Below, one piece after another: positions 28,830 to 41,000 of a stretch of 64,000 bases of DNA; position 1 is the stretch's first letter, and every line of letters starts with the position of its first letter. The translations under genes and the position numbers were made by a program. The stretch comes from Azolla caroliniana. Taxonomy: Eukaryota > Plantae > Polypodiophyta. The stretch is from positions 29,140,001-29,204,000 of the forward strand of contig JBHGNT010000001.1 of NCBI GenBank assembly GCA_043228905.1. Reading direction: 5' to 3'. Below the pieces are notes generated by a model. It saw only the letters and a list, made by a program, of their open reading frames with translations, had not been told where the DNA came from and did no database searches.

Positions 28830-30970
28830 GTGGGACTTCATGTTACTGCAGATATGTTAGTTGCTCCTCTACTTGTAAAATTAAGAAGAAAATTGTTGCT
28901 TTGGGATTCGGTTAACCTGTCACTTGCAGGTCGTATACTTGTAGCTAACCAAGTGTTGTTAGCGACTATTTGGTATGTTGATTCAACTACATTGTTTGCT
29001 AGATCATGTATTTTACAGGTGCAACGCCTCATTCGTAACTACATTTGGGGAGGGAAAACAGGTCAAGGTAAAAGGCCTAAAGTAGCTTGGGCAGTATTGA
29101 TTGCTCCACGACAAAATGGTGGGATGGGGCTGGTAGATCCAGATGCACAGTGTAAGGCTTTGCTTTCTAAATTTGTGTGCATCTATGCTGCCAATGCAAG
29201 GTGTTTGGAGTCGTTTGATGATGCATAGGTTGTCTACTATGTGCCCATCAATAGGAGGAAAGTGGCAACCATCTTTAAGATGGGGTTTTATTCAGAATTT
29301 TCATTTGTTTAAAACAACCTTATTAGAAGATAGGTTTTTTAATGGAATTCTCACAAGTTGGTCAGCTGTCAAAAAGTTTCTAATTCGGAAGGTACCTTCG
29401 ACAACGGATGACTTGTTGAGACAACCCTTGATCTAGAACTTTCTCTTTTCAGATTCAAGGGGTTTTCTGCTTGGTAGCCGTCCTCGGTTGAATTGGGCTT
29501 CTATGGATGCATCAATAGCAGGTAATGTTCTAACATGGGGATGCTATGTTATGAATCAACAGTTACAACCTTTGTCGAGGCCTTCAGTTCGAGGAAGTGC
29601 TATTATGTGCGATAATATGCAAGTGGCATTGGGACAATTTATGGCTTCATGGTCCCCCTCTAGCAATCAGATTTGGTTTGGTTATTTCTCTCCTCTAAAA
29701 GTGATTTTAGGAGCTAAAGTAACTAACACTATGGGTGATGTAATATACTTTAATGTGGATGATGATGGTAGGTTGTGGCATGTATTTTCTGAATCAGATG
29801 TGCGGATATCTGCCAATGTTTCAGCGATTCGAGTAGTTGCAAGATCGGGAAAAAAATGGCTCTTGGATCCACCATTTCAAGAATGCTTACGGTGTTGTTC
29901 GTTGTGGGTTTTTCAAAAAAAGCCGCTTTATAATTTGGATTGGGATCCAGTTGATTATCAATGGAAAAAACCGAATGCTAATGGAAATGGTAAACACTTA
30001 GAGTTCTTTCAGTATTCAGTTAAGTTAGGTAGAAATTTATTATTGCAATCAAAGTATAAATGCCCGGCTGCCATGAAGCATTGGATTGCAAATAATGTGA
30101 ATGAACTACAACTTACAAAATTTTGGAAATGGTTGTGGAGTATGCAGTTGCCGAAAAAAGTTATTTGTTTTCGTTGGTTGTTGATACATTATGCTCTTCC
30201 TGTTGGTGATTGGTTGAGGCAAAATCAGCAATATGCTTGTGGAATGCATTGTGGTGAATCTACGGAATCTATTTTGCATTTGTTTTGGATGTGTCCCAAA
30301 ATCAAGCAATTCTGGAGTAAGTTGTTTTTATTACTAAGAAACCACTATGCTCGTTCTACTTTCTCGTGGGGTGCAGTATTATGGGGTGTCCTTCATGGAG
30401 ATGTTATGAATTACGAACGTATGCATGCTTCTCATGTTTTTTACTTTTCCAATGGGTACATCTATCTCACTTCATTTCCATCTGTTATTCCTCGGTTTAG
30501 AACTGAAAATCTGGTTATTTGGCGTACTGTTACGTCACTAGCGCTGTGGACAATATGGAAAACGAGATGCGATGCTGTTTTTAATAATGCTCACATACAT
30601 CTCAATAATATGCTTATTGAATTCTGGTGGTTATTTGTCCACACCATACGTGGACAATATGATGATTTGCAGGGTACAACTGATGCTCAAAGACAACGTC
30701 AAGTGGACTTTAAGAAACGGTGGCGAGGGCTTCACTTATTTTCAGATACGTCTCCTGGTATGAAGTGGAATTATTCCATTCCTCCTTTTTTATTGCATAG
30801 CTTGTAGATGGTGTTCCATTTGTTCCTATTGTGATATCATCTGTATCATCAGATGTTGGTATTAGGTTTTGTATTACAATAGAGGTGAGATGAAATGTCT
30901 CCCTCTGTTTTCTATATGTACATTTCTCAAGTAATTTACTAAGGTGTATCTTTTTAAAAAAATAAATAAA
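28830..30970 (+). mobile_element. 5'-truncated L1/Tx1-type LINE (post-RT region plus zf-RVT), nested in the TIR element
   Basis: LSLAGRILVANQVL..IWY, RNYIWGG..KVAW..P..GGMGL, PKKVICFRW and zinc knuckle CGMHCGESTESILHLFWMCP, LWTIWKTRC. One frameshift near 29180 and an in-frame TAG at 29434-29436; A-rich tail at 30956-30970. Confidence 0.9.
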
Positions 30971-31470
30971 TCTAAATGAATTGTAAAGTCACTACATACC
31001 CTAAAACTAAATGTCGAAACCCTAAAAAAGAAAGAAGTCGACGAAGAAGAAAACCAAAAAGAAAGAACTTGAAGAAGAAAGAAGAAGTCAAAGAAAAAGG
31101 TCTCAACTTCACACCTATCATGTTTTTAGAATAAATCTAACCACTAAGCTATTAACTTTCAATAACAATAATTTTACTTTATTACTTTATTACTTTATTA
31201 ATTTAATTTTTTGAAGTCAGACACAACAAGCTTTGAGTCAGGCTCTTGCACTAACTTGATCGGGCTCCTTGTGACAAAGGCTATCAGACAATTGGGCTCC
31301 GAGTGACAGAGTCAAGCTCTTAGTGACAAACACTATGAACTTTTTATCCACATCGGACGGTGCAGATCGCAAGCGCCCTCAGTTGAGCGACACCGTCCGT
31401 GCCCACGATTCCCGATTTATTTGACGTTGGTGGGGAAGGCTATATATTTGGGGGTAGTGAAAACAAAAGA

Positions 31471-31683
31471 AGGGCATTTCGAGAAATAAAGAAATTGGAA
31501 GAGGGCATGTGCGAATTTATAAAAATTTGAGGGCATTTTGAGAAATAACAATATGATTAATTCGAATTCATTTTTTTCCCTAAATAATTAACAATTTATT
31601 GATAATTAATCGTCAAAAGAAGAAGGAGAAGAAGCTCTTAAGCTATTCGTTTTTTAATTTCCTCTATTTCTCAAAATGCCCTC
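31471..31683. repeat. Fold-back / MITE-like inverted repeat upstream of the INTS5-like gene
   Basis: Perfect 19-bp inverted repeat GAGGGCATTTTGAGAAATA (31529-31547) / TATTTCTCAAAATGCCCTC (31665-31683), plus a related direct copy at 31471-31488. No TSD seen. Confidence 0.6.
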
Positions 31684-31908
31684 ACTCAACGAATTAGTTA
31701 ATTGTCTGAAGAAGGGTGGCGAATTAATTAATTGATTGATTGAATTATATGAACAAAAAGGCTGCATTCCAGGATTGTGCTAGAGAGAGATTTTTCGTAA
31801 AAACTAAAATTTCTTTTAATTAAATTACGTAAAGGCTAAACCCTTAGACATGTTTATTTTATTTATTTATGTTTTCCGATGATTGGGTTGGGTTCAGATA
31901 TCCAGTAC

Positions 31909-31998
31909 TGTAATCAATTGTCTGTCTCATGGGCCAAATTTCTGTCTTAGAAGACGACGTTAAATATATCTCTCTTTCTTCGAATTCTTTCTTTCTCT
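31909..31998 (+). mobile_element. Diverged LINE 3'-tail fragment immediately 5' of the INTS5-like start codon
   Basis: TGTAATC..GTCT.AT.GGCCA..TTT..TCTTAGAAGACG..TTAAATATATCTCTCTTTCTT aligns by eye with the reverse complement of 58806-58891. Confidence 0.55.
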
Positions 31999-32029
31999 CC
32001 GTCGCTTTTGAACTTCCTGTCATTCAAAC

Positions 32030-35000
32030 ATGGAGGACTCAGCAGCCGACGAAACAGACGCAGTAACAGCCGCAGAGGAGCAACAGCAGTGCAGTGATTG
32101 GCTCCTTCGCATCGAGGAAAACCTGCTTGATAGCTCCCTCACCTTCCAAGCTCTCCGATGGGCACTCTCTTCTCTTAGATCTTCCTCACACAAGCCGAAG
32201 AAGAAAAACCAGAAGTACAAGAAGAATGGCGGAGGATTTCCTTCCGCTAGTGATCGCAGCTCCATCGATGATGTAAAGTGCGAGCTCGTTTCTGAACCAT
32301 CCCTCACCAACGAAGACGGCGATGATGCTTCTCCTCTCCGTGCTCCTTCTGTCAGACGTGGACACGTGGAAAGTGGTAAGTGTACACTGAATCTTTTCAT
32401 GTCAGATATGGCGGTGATGCTGGAGGAGACCTGAAGAAAGATAGAGGAGAAAATATACATAATTTGAACACTGAAGATGATGTCGATTAAAGTTATGTGG
32501 AAATGCTCACAGGGAAGGAAGAAGACGGCGAGGAGGAAGACGAAAGGACTGATCTGTCAGAGAGAGTGAAGCTTTGTGGATCCGGAGAATCAGTAAGAAT
32601 GGTGGCAGTTATCGTTTCAAAGAGGTTATTACGATATTCACATCTAGTGAATCTTATCGAACAGTGTTTGCTTCTTAGCTTGGATCAAGAGAAACCCTCA
32701 GATATGAAAGAAATAGAGAAAGAACAAGGATGGCTTCTCTCGTGGCTGCTCAAGAATATGTTCTCGAATGAAAAATATGATATTTCTTCAGATCTTGATT
32801 GGTTGTTGGCATACTTGTCATCATCATCCACATGTATCAATCTCTTCTTTCTATCACTATGGGACGTTATTTCAGCAGAATTCTCGCATCATTCGGCTCA
32901 CCGCACAGTTGTTCCTCTCTCCACTCTGGTTAGAATGGCATCTGTTCTGGAATATACAAATTCAAGGTACGTTTTTTGGTTTTTTGTTGCATGTTTTCAG
33001 AATCTATTTAGTGCAGCCATGGTTTCTACACATTTTAGATGTATTCTTGTCTTTCATATTTGACTATCAATCTGTAAGAGGGCATTGTTACTTTCAATCT
33101 GCCTACAGATTTGTCAAATTGAAGGCACAGTTTCCTTGATAAAAAACAAGAATAAATTGAGACGGTAAGAAGGAACATGTGTACATTTGCGGAATAAGGC
33201 ATTCTCTTGTGGCCTTAATATTGTTTTGATCCAAGAGTTTCATGAAGGATTAATTTTGAATATAGATAAAGAGGTCAATAAATAATAGCTTATGTACATG
33301 CTGGGTTGGTTTCTGAATCTAGAAGGTAAAAGAAAGAGAAATCCGAGGATTACCCTATATTTTACTAAACGCTGAGTGGGAATAGTTTCAGTGGATCAGC
33401 TGTTTTATGAAAATCCTTTCTCTGTCTAAAGATTTAAAGAGGGGCTATGATTGCTTGCGGCAGAGAAAATGTTGGAATTATTGGAAACATCACCAACTCA
33501 AAAGGAAAATAAAAGTAACTGCAGTATATTGATCTCACCATGGAGTGGAGCAAAAGGAATGTTTCCAAATTCTGAATACTGAAACTTTAGGAATTGCCAT
33601 AAAATGCTTTTCTCTCAGCCTTTTGGTATTGCCATCTCTCCATTCGATGTACCGAAGCATAAGATTCTTTATGTGTCTTGTATGTTGTATGCAGTACCCA
33701 ATTTCATGAGGTTCATTTACATGATTGTGATTATCTTCTCTAATCTTCCCTCCTTTCTTAAGGATCTTTATTCAACCATCCCTAATATATTCTCATTTTA
33801 CCTGAACTTTTTACTGTTATGATATTTTAACGCATTTTTCATTTTCATTAACAGATATGGAGAACTTGCTACTTCCAGTTTTTTGTCATCTTATCAGCTC
33901 TATACTAAGCCCCCATCCTCAAGTACATTATCAAAGGGAATATGCACATTGAGACATTACAAATCGGTAGTATCACCTGGACGTGATCTCATTGGTTTTT
34001 GGTTCATCATGGGTTTTCTTTGTCCTGACCTTTTCAGCTCTTGTATTAACTTGCTCGCGTCAATCTCTGATACTGCCTCAATAAGAAAATGGTGGTTTGA
34101 GCTCCAAAATTGTGATTTTGAGATCCTTCCTCTACCTATGCTTTCAAGGTTCCTTGGAGTAAGTCTAGATTAACTCATTCATAACTAGTTACGTTTGAAA
34201 TATCATTGATATATATTGAGGTAAGGTGAGTTGTGCTTGCTCATTGTAATGAGGATCGGGTGATGCATGAAAATAGGGATTATGTGTGCAGACACTTTAG
34301 GTGCTCAATATTTTGTTTGAGTGGGAAGTCAATAATCATGGTCATGTCAATTATCGAGATTAAGTTATAATTGATTTGTGTATTTGCCCTAATCTTATCA
34401 AGTAAACATATCCACTCAAATGTTTTGTCTGTTTTGATTGCTCATGCTATAGCTTCCACATAAACTCATACCTTTTCTGTAAATGCACGTGTCTTAATAA
34501 TCTACTGAACAATGTGTTGTTTTTCTGTTGAAGCATGATTATTTTTGCAGGATCAAGATTCAAAGGAGCCCAGTGATTTGACACATTGGCTCTGTACAAT
34601 ATTTAGAAGACATTTGACTCGATTCACAACTGCTAATTCACATGTAATTCTGGTGTTGGGTAATCTCTGGACTGATGGTGGTCAAACAAATCCAGAGATG
34701 GTTCAGGCAACTCACATGTTGCTGAAAATAGTTTCAAATAAAGCCTATGCAATCATGTTGCAAAGAATATCTGGTACACATAATGGCTCAATTTTAATGT
34801 TGTTTTTGTACCTAAGATTGGCATGCTGCAATATTATCCGTTCAGCATAGTGGTCTCTTGCTAATTTGCTACATCATTTGGATTTTGTTACTGCTTCTTT
34901 ATAAACATATATGTTCTGTACCATCGTAATAAATTATGAGACAATGAAAGGCTGTTGTCCCATTGCTTATTGCTCTGACCATGTATGCCAAAGAACTTAT

Positions 35001-38000
35001 GAAACTCCATTTCAGGCTTCACATCTGAGGAGGCGAAAGATTCTGCCTCATATTTAGAGAATATAAAGTGTTGTACAGTAAACCTATGGACCAGTTTATC
35101 AAAGGAAGGATCTGCGTGCAACAGGCTAGTTATGAATTCACTGCTTTTAATGTATATTTATTTCCTTGGAACTATACTAATTAACACCTCATAAACTAAC
35201 AGGCATACCGGAAATGCAAGGTTGTGGGAACATCCTATCGTTCACACCTGCTTATCTACTTTGAGTTGCTATCCCACACAAGTTACTGCCCAAATCCTTG
35301 TATATTCAGCTGGTCTTGTATATTCATGTGAAAAGGAAGTAAACTCAATCGGCAAGCTAGCATTATTTTTTAAAGTAATGCAGGTCTTAGCCAATAAGTC
35401 TGACTGTGAAGAAGTGTTCGAATTGTGGGCTGAGAAGCTTATTGAGCAAGTATGTACACTAACTTCAGATCAGGTAAATACTGACATTATTTAGCAAAGG
35501 CCACAACTATTATTGAACTCTGAGATGACTGAGGAATGACTAAAATCTGGCTGTACAGGCATTTAACAGAATCCGTCTTGTGGCCAATCTCTTGCAATTG
35601 AGTTCTGGGAAAGATGTAGAGTCAGCAAGAAAAATACAGGGAGCCACTCTTGGACCATCAATTGCAATACAGTACCATCTCTCTACAGCCTTGAGTAGGC
35701 AATGGTTGTGCTTACTTGCATTGTTGCATTGGGATAAAGCTTGGGAACTACGGTTGATGGTAGTGAGAGTCCTTCAATTGCTGGCTCCAGAAAAGATTGC
35801 TAATGTGCGGGATATTATTTTCCAGTTGAAGGTTGTGTATAATAGCCTTTAGAGAGTTTCAACATATAAATGGTTGCCCGTAGTTGGTCTGAAATGTTGC
35901 ACAATATGTTTTTGTAAGGAATAGGACTGTTTGTGGGTCTTGAATCATTAGATGGAGATCTGTTGCACAACTCTTTAATGTTGGCTTTACTATATTTAAT
36001 AAAGCTTAGCAAGCTTCATTGTTATCAGCCATTGCATCTTTTAGTGTGAGAAAAACTCCATCTCCCTTTACTTGTTCTTTTTAGAGCACACACGAAATCT
36101 TGGTCACTGATTTCTTGAGTAAGGATGACATACCTTTTTATCTAGGCCACCATGTGAAATCGATGATCTCAGGCTTCATTAGCTGGGCTGAGGTGAACTC
36201 AGAATATTTGTTTTTGTGTGCATGCCTTCATTTACCGAAGCTATGATTTTCTTTCTTTCTGCCTTTAGTTTTTTCTTCTTTCAGAGGTTGCCGTTACATT
36301 TTGTATTCAGGAATTCAAGCAGTTGCATTCATTGGCATGGTGGCTTATACTTGTGAACCATAGTTTCCCTGGTCAATCAGAGAGATGCATGTTATCACTA
36401 TAGAATAGTAAGCATAGTACTCTAATATTACTAAGGCTTTTTAAAAAAAGTAGGTTCATGTATGCTTTGATTAAAATTTTTAATTTTCATATTGGCTTTG
36501 TTGAATGTTGTGTAAGGAATATCAAAGCAGCACGATACAATCATTTGGATTTGCTCACTCTATTTTTATCAATTTAAAAGTTGATAAAGAGGATGTTTGC
36601 ATCAATGGTTCTTCATTAGATTAAGTACAATTTTATGCTATAACAGTAGGAACATCAATTTTCCTGAATCTTACTGGAGACATCTAATGTAAATATTCTA
36701 TTGCAGGGTTCCTTGGGCTTGTTCTTGAAATGGTTGGATGAGGCATATGGGTGTAAACAAAATGAGAAAAGTATAACCTCCTTGTCTGGAGATGGGAATG
36801 GCACAGATGAGAAATGGAAGGTTATTCAATTGATTGAGAAAATGAAATCTGTGATTGTTCAATTAGCATCCTCTACGAAAATGACATTCATATTGGTAAG
36901 AAGTAATGTTAGTCCACAATTTTTGAAGATAGTTCATCATACTGGCTCAATTTCTCTTTGATTTAATCCCTAAACAGAGGAATTTATACAAAATTTAGGA
37001 TATAAACTGTTAAAAGTATAGGGTAATGTAACATTCCACAGATGCCCAGGTAGCAAATAACTGTTGTAGTGTTCAAATTATCAAAAACTTAAATCCTAAG
37101 ATACCTGAATTCAGAATCTACAGCAAGTTAGGAAGAACAGTTCAACAATAGGGAATGCTTTTATAGTAGTTTCTCTAGTGGAAGTTATTGACTCATAAAA
37201 AGAACAAATAGGTTCAATGCAAGATTATGCAGCACCATGAGTTGCTCAAATGAAACTTGATGATACAGACCTTTGGATTGTACTTGGGAAAAAACACTCA
37301 CGAAATAATATATTGTCTATGTAAGTGATCACGTGGATATTAGATATGCACTATTGTTGAAGTACTGCATATTAAAAAGCATGCAGCTATACTATCTCTT
37401 TATCCTTTCAAGTTTAACTTGCGAAGCTGTTTTGGCCTCATAATATCCGCTGTGAGTTTGTAATGGTTACTGTATACACACTCCCTTTGTGAAAGTTCTT
37501 CAAAGGGATGCTTTTGATACAAATGTTGTTAATGTGCTATCAAGAACACATTAATATGTAACCCATGCAGCGTTGTTTTCTCTTTATTGTTTCAAGATTT
37601 AACTTGGGGTGTTTTTTGGGACGACTTGATGCCTATTGTGCTTGAAAAATTACAGGACTTGTTAATGGCCGCTGTTACACAGAGTACTCCCTTTGTGGAA
37701 GTTACTACAAATAGATGGTTTTGATATAAACGTTTTCATTTCTGCTATGAAAATATCAATTATTTCCATGTTTTTTCTCAAAATCTGGTTGACTAATTCG
37801 TTGCAGATGGTCAACACTGTAATGGAGTATTCTTTTCATGAAACACAGGGCTCTTTACCTGAAATGACAAGTATGCCCTTCTATTACTTTGAATTGTTTG
37901 GCTCTCTGTTCTAAATTATTGTTTATGGTCTTTATGCCTATAGTTTCACAGAACTCTTATATGTCTAATTTTGATATGCATAGCATTTTCCTGATTTCCA

Positions 38001-41000
38001 TGTGAGGTGATTAGTGAAAGTCTGAAAGTAAGTCATTTGATGGCATTGAGCCTTCTAGCAATGCATACATTTAAGAAAATCCATATAATCTTTATTAGGA
38101 TATGTATGATAGACTGGTGGGATATTGGTGATGGAATTTTATTATGAGAGGGGACATATTAGCAGTAGTTAAACTAGACACACAATGCGTGTGCTATGGG
38201 ATATTTAGGATGGAATTTTGTCATAGTAGCATACTTGTGCTTCTTCCATAGCTTATTGTATGACATATTTATCCAATTGATATATAAGTGGGCATAGATA
38301 TAAAACAAGACATTCTAACTGAATTTATGGTGGTCTAAAATGTAAATTCTGTCAGAGTTACAATGCCGTTCCTTTTTGTCCGACGTAAGAATGGATTTTT
38401 GTCCTTTGTGTATATCTTTGGTTGCAATTGGATTCTCTTCATTGGGTAACACTCAAATCTTAGCTTGACACCAAATTCTAGTTGTGGCATATTTGCAAAT
38501 ATTCATGCCGACAACCATAGTAGTTGAAACTTGATATAAAGTCCTAGGACATGTCGACCGATCTTCATTTTATAGGAAAGGACTGTTCACACACATCAAG
38601 AGCCAAAAACAATTATGAGCTTCTGAAGTGTGGATGACAATGGGTCGCCTACTAAGGACGGGATCGGATAACCAAGCCAAGCCGTACAAATTCTACTGGC
38701 CTTCATGTATGTTCTACATTGAGAAAAGTGGTACATTATGTCCTAGGACATGTCGACCGATCTTCATTTTATAGGAAAGGACTGTTCACACACATCAAGA
38801 GCCAAAAACAATTATGAGCTTCTGAAGTGTGGATGACAATGGGTCGCCTACTAAGGACGGGATCGGATAACCAAGCCGAGCCGTACAAATTCTACTGGCC
38901 TTCATGTATGTTCTACATTGAGAAAAGTGGTACATCTTGTGACATTGAGCATCGTTTAGCATTCATTATGACTGAAGCTGTACCATCCTGAGTTGGGCCT
39001 GCAGTGCGGCAGATTTTCTGTATTTATGTGATCTTTGGATGGAACACATGAAAAATGCAGATTTTGTTATGGTTCCGAATGTCACTCTGCCCTTTTTTTC
39101 TGAAGATGTTGTAGAATAAATTCAGCTTAGTTGGAATTATTGGCTCTGATAATTTCAACTTCCATCAAAAAGCCTTTTGGGACCTTGTTTAGGGATATCT
39201 TTTAATACATTCTATACTTCGCTATCTCAAGATGTGTCATAATAAGAGATAACTGAAGCATGCAATATCAGATGTCAGGACTCCCAAAAAGACATTATTA
39301 TTACCCAGATCTGCTAAGTTGGATTGTTTCAAAAAGCAGTCTGCTCTGCCTTCAGGATGTGAGTTACTGATCCTCTTCGATTCCTTTCAATGATGGAACT
39401 CCCCCATCATTACTTCTGGCCCTGCGATTGGTGGCTATTATTTCAGATATGATGCTCTAAATAGTTCAATTGTGTTGAATACCTTTTGATTCCTCTTAGT
39501 TTAATTATTTGATGTTCCACTGATTGTGTTTTCAATTCTCATGGATGCAATTTTGATTTTTGAAGTGAGGATATATCTCTTTCTTTTTCATTAGTAGCTT
39601 GCTATTTTGCTTTTTTTCAATTAATGTGAAAAGAAAATCCTAACTGTAAACTGATCTTCAACGGGACTGCCAATAGGTTACTCAACAGAAATGTGCTTGA
39701 TAAGCTCCCAGCTGGGAAACCTTCTACGGCAAACCGTAGCCCACATTGACAAGGCAGGGAAACCAGCAGGGAAGAGTGCTCTGAATTTTAGGCCAGCATC
39801 AGTGTTAGCAAAGCTGCTTGTCAATCATCTTCAAACCCCACTTGAAGTTTATGCATCAAAGGAGCAATATGAAGAGGTAAAGTATGTTTAATGTTTAATT
39901 TCTTTCTTATTTATTACCCATTTATCAATGAACTTGTTATGCACCCTGGGAAGCGCAAGAATTCATAATAACTTTGTCTATTATATGTTGTAAATGGGTT
40001 TAGACTTCGAAGAGTCAGTGTAATGCATCCTAAAATGTTCACAGGCCATTCATGGCTCTTCTTTGTTCTCGACGTATCATTTCCTGATGATATACAGCCT
40101 AACAGTGGTTTCAAAGTATTTCTCAGTGATTTAGGGGAGATTCTTGGCCATGGCTGTTGTTTGTATTATTTTCTAGGTTTCCTGCAGAATTAGGAGACAT
40201 GATGCTTCTGAAGACTTCTGTACAGATTTATATATGCTGTGCAGTTGTGATTATAAAACAGCAGAAATCGCTGTTCTCGTTTTCTTCAAAAAATGAATGC
40301 TCTGCAATGAGTTATTACAGAATACATTCTATGATTATATGAATGCGAGTCTTCTGCCACTTTCACATGCATTAGACAATGGTTTTAAGATAACTTTTTT
40401 CAGACAATACCTGAACTTCTAACTTGTCATGCTGATGTTTTAAGTGTATATTATGGCAGTCTGACAGAAGTGTATGACTGAAGAAAAAACACAGAATATA
40501 AGGGAAGGGGATTAACAGAGAGTGCAAAATGAAGAAAACCACAGAATCAAAATCCTTGGTCCTCCCCTTCAATAAGGACCACTAGGCTCCACATCATTCT
40601 ACTACTGGTCTCAACATACAGCATGAAATTGGATTGCCCAATGCCTTAGTTTTCACCATGATTGGTGTAGCCTGACAGAATGTATGATTGGTGTGGTCTG
40701 ACAGAATAAAAGGGAAGGGGATTATCAGAGAGTTCAAAGCAAAGAAAACCACACCATTAAATTCCTTTGTCCTCCCCTTCAGTAAGGACACCTAGGCCCC
40801 ACATCATCCTATTACTAGTCTCTACTGGTCTCAACATACATCATGAAATTGGATGATCTGCTCAATGCCTTAGTTTTCATCTTTCCCAAGATGCAGAGAA
40901 CTTTAACAGGTTCTGCACAAGTACTACATGGGACCACATGATGCAAAAAGTAGTCTCATGACTGAGAGAATGCATGACAACTAGAGCCATTTCTCTTTTT

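Larger units (their letters stand above)
25351..31413. mobile_element. About 6.06-kb non-autonomous TIR DNA transposon with nested and captured sequence
   Basis: About 75-bp imperfect TIRs: left GGGAATCACAGGCACGGATG..GTCGCTCAGTTGAGGG..GATCTG..GTCCGATGTGGATAAAAA; right is the reverse complement ending GATTCCC. Subterminal GGAGCCC repeats at left, GGGCTCC at right. Only a possible 2-bp GA duplication flanks it; superfamily unresolved. Confidence 0.8.
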
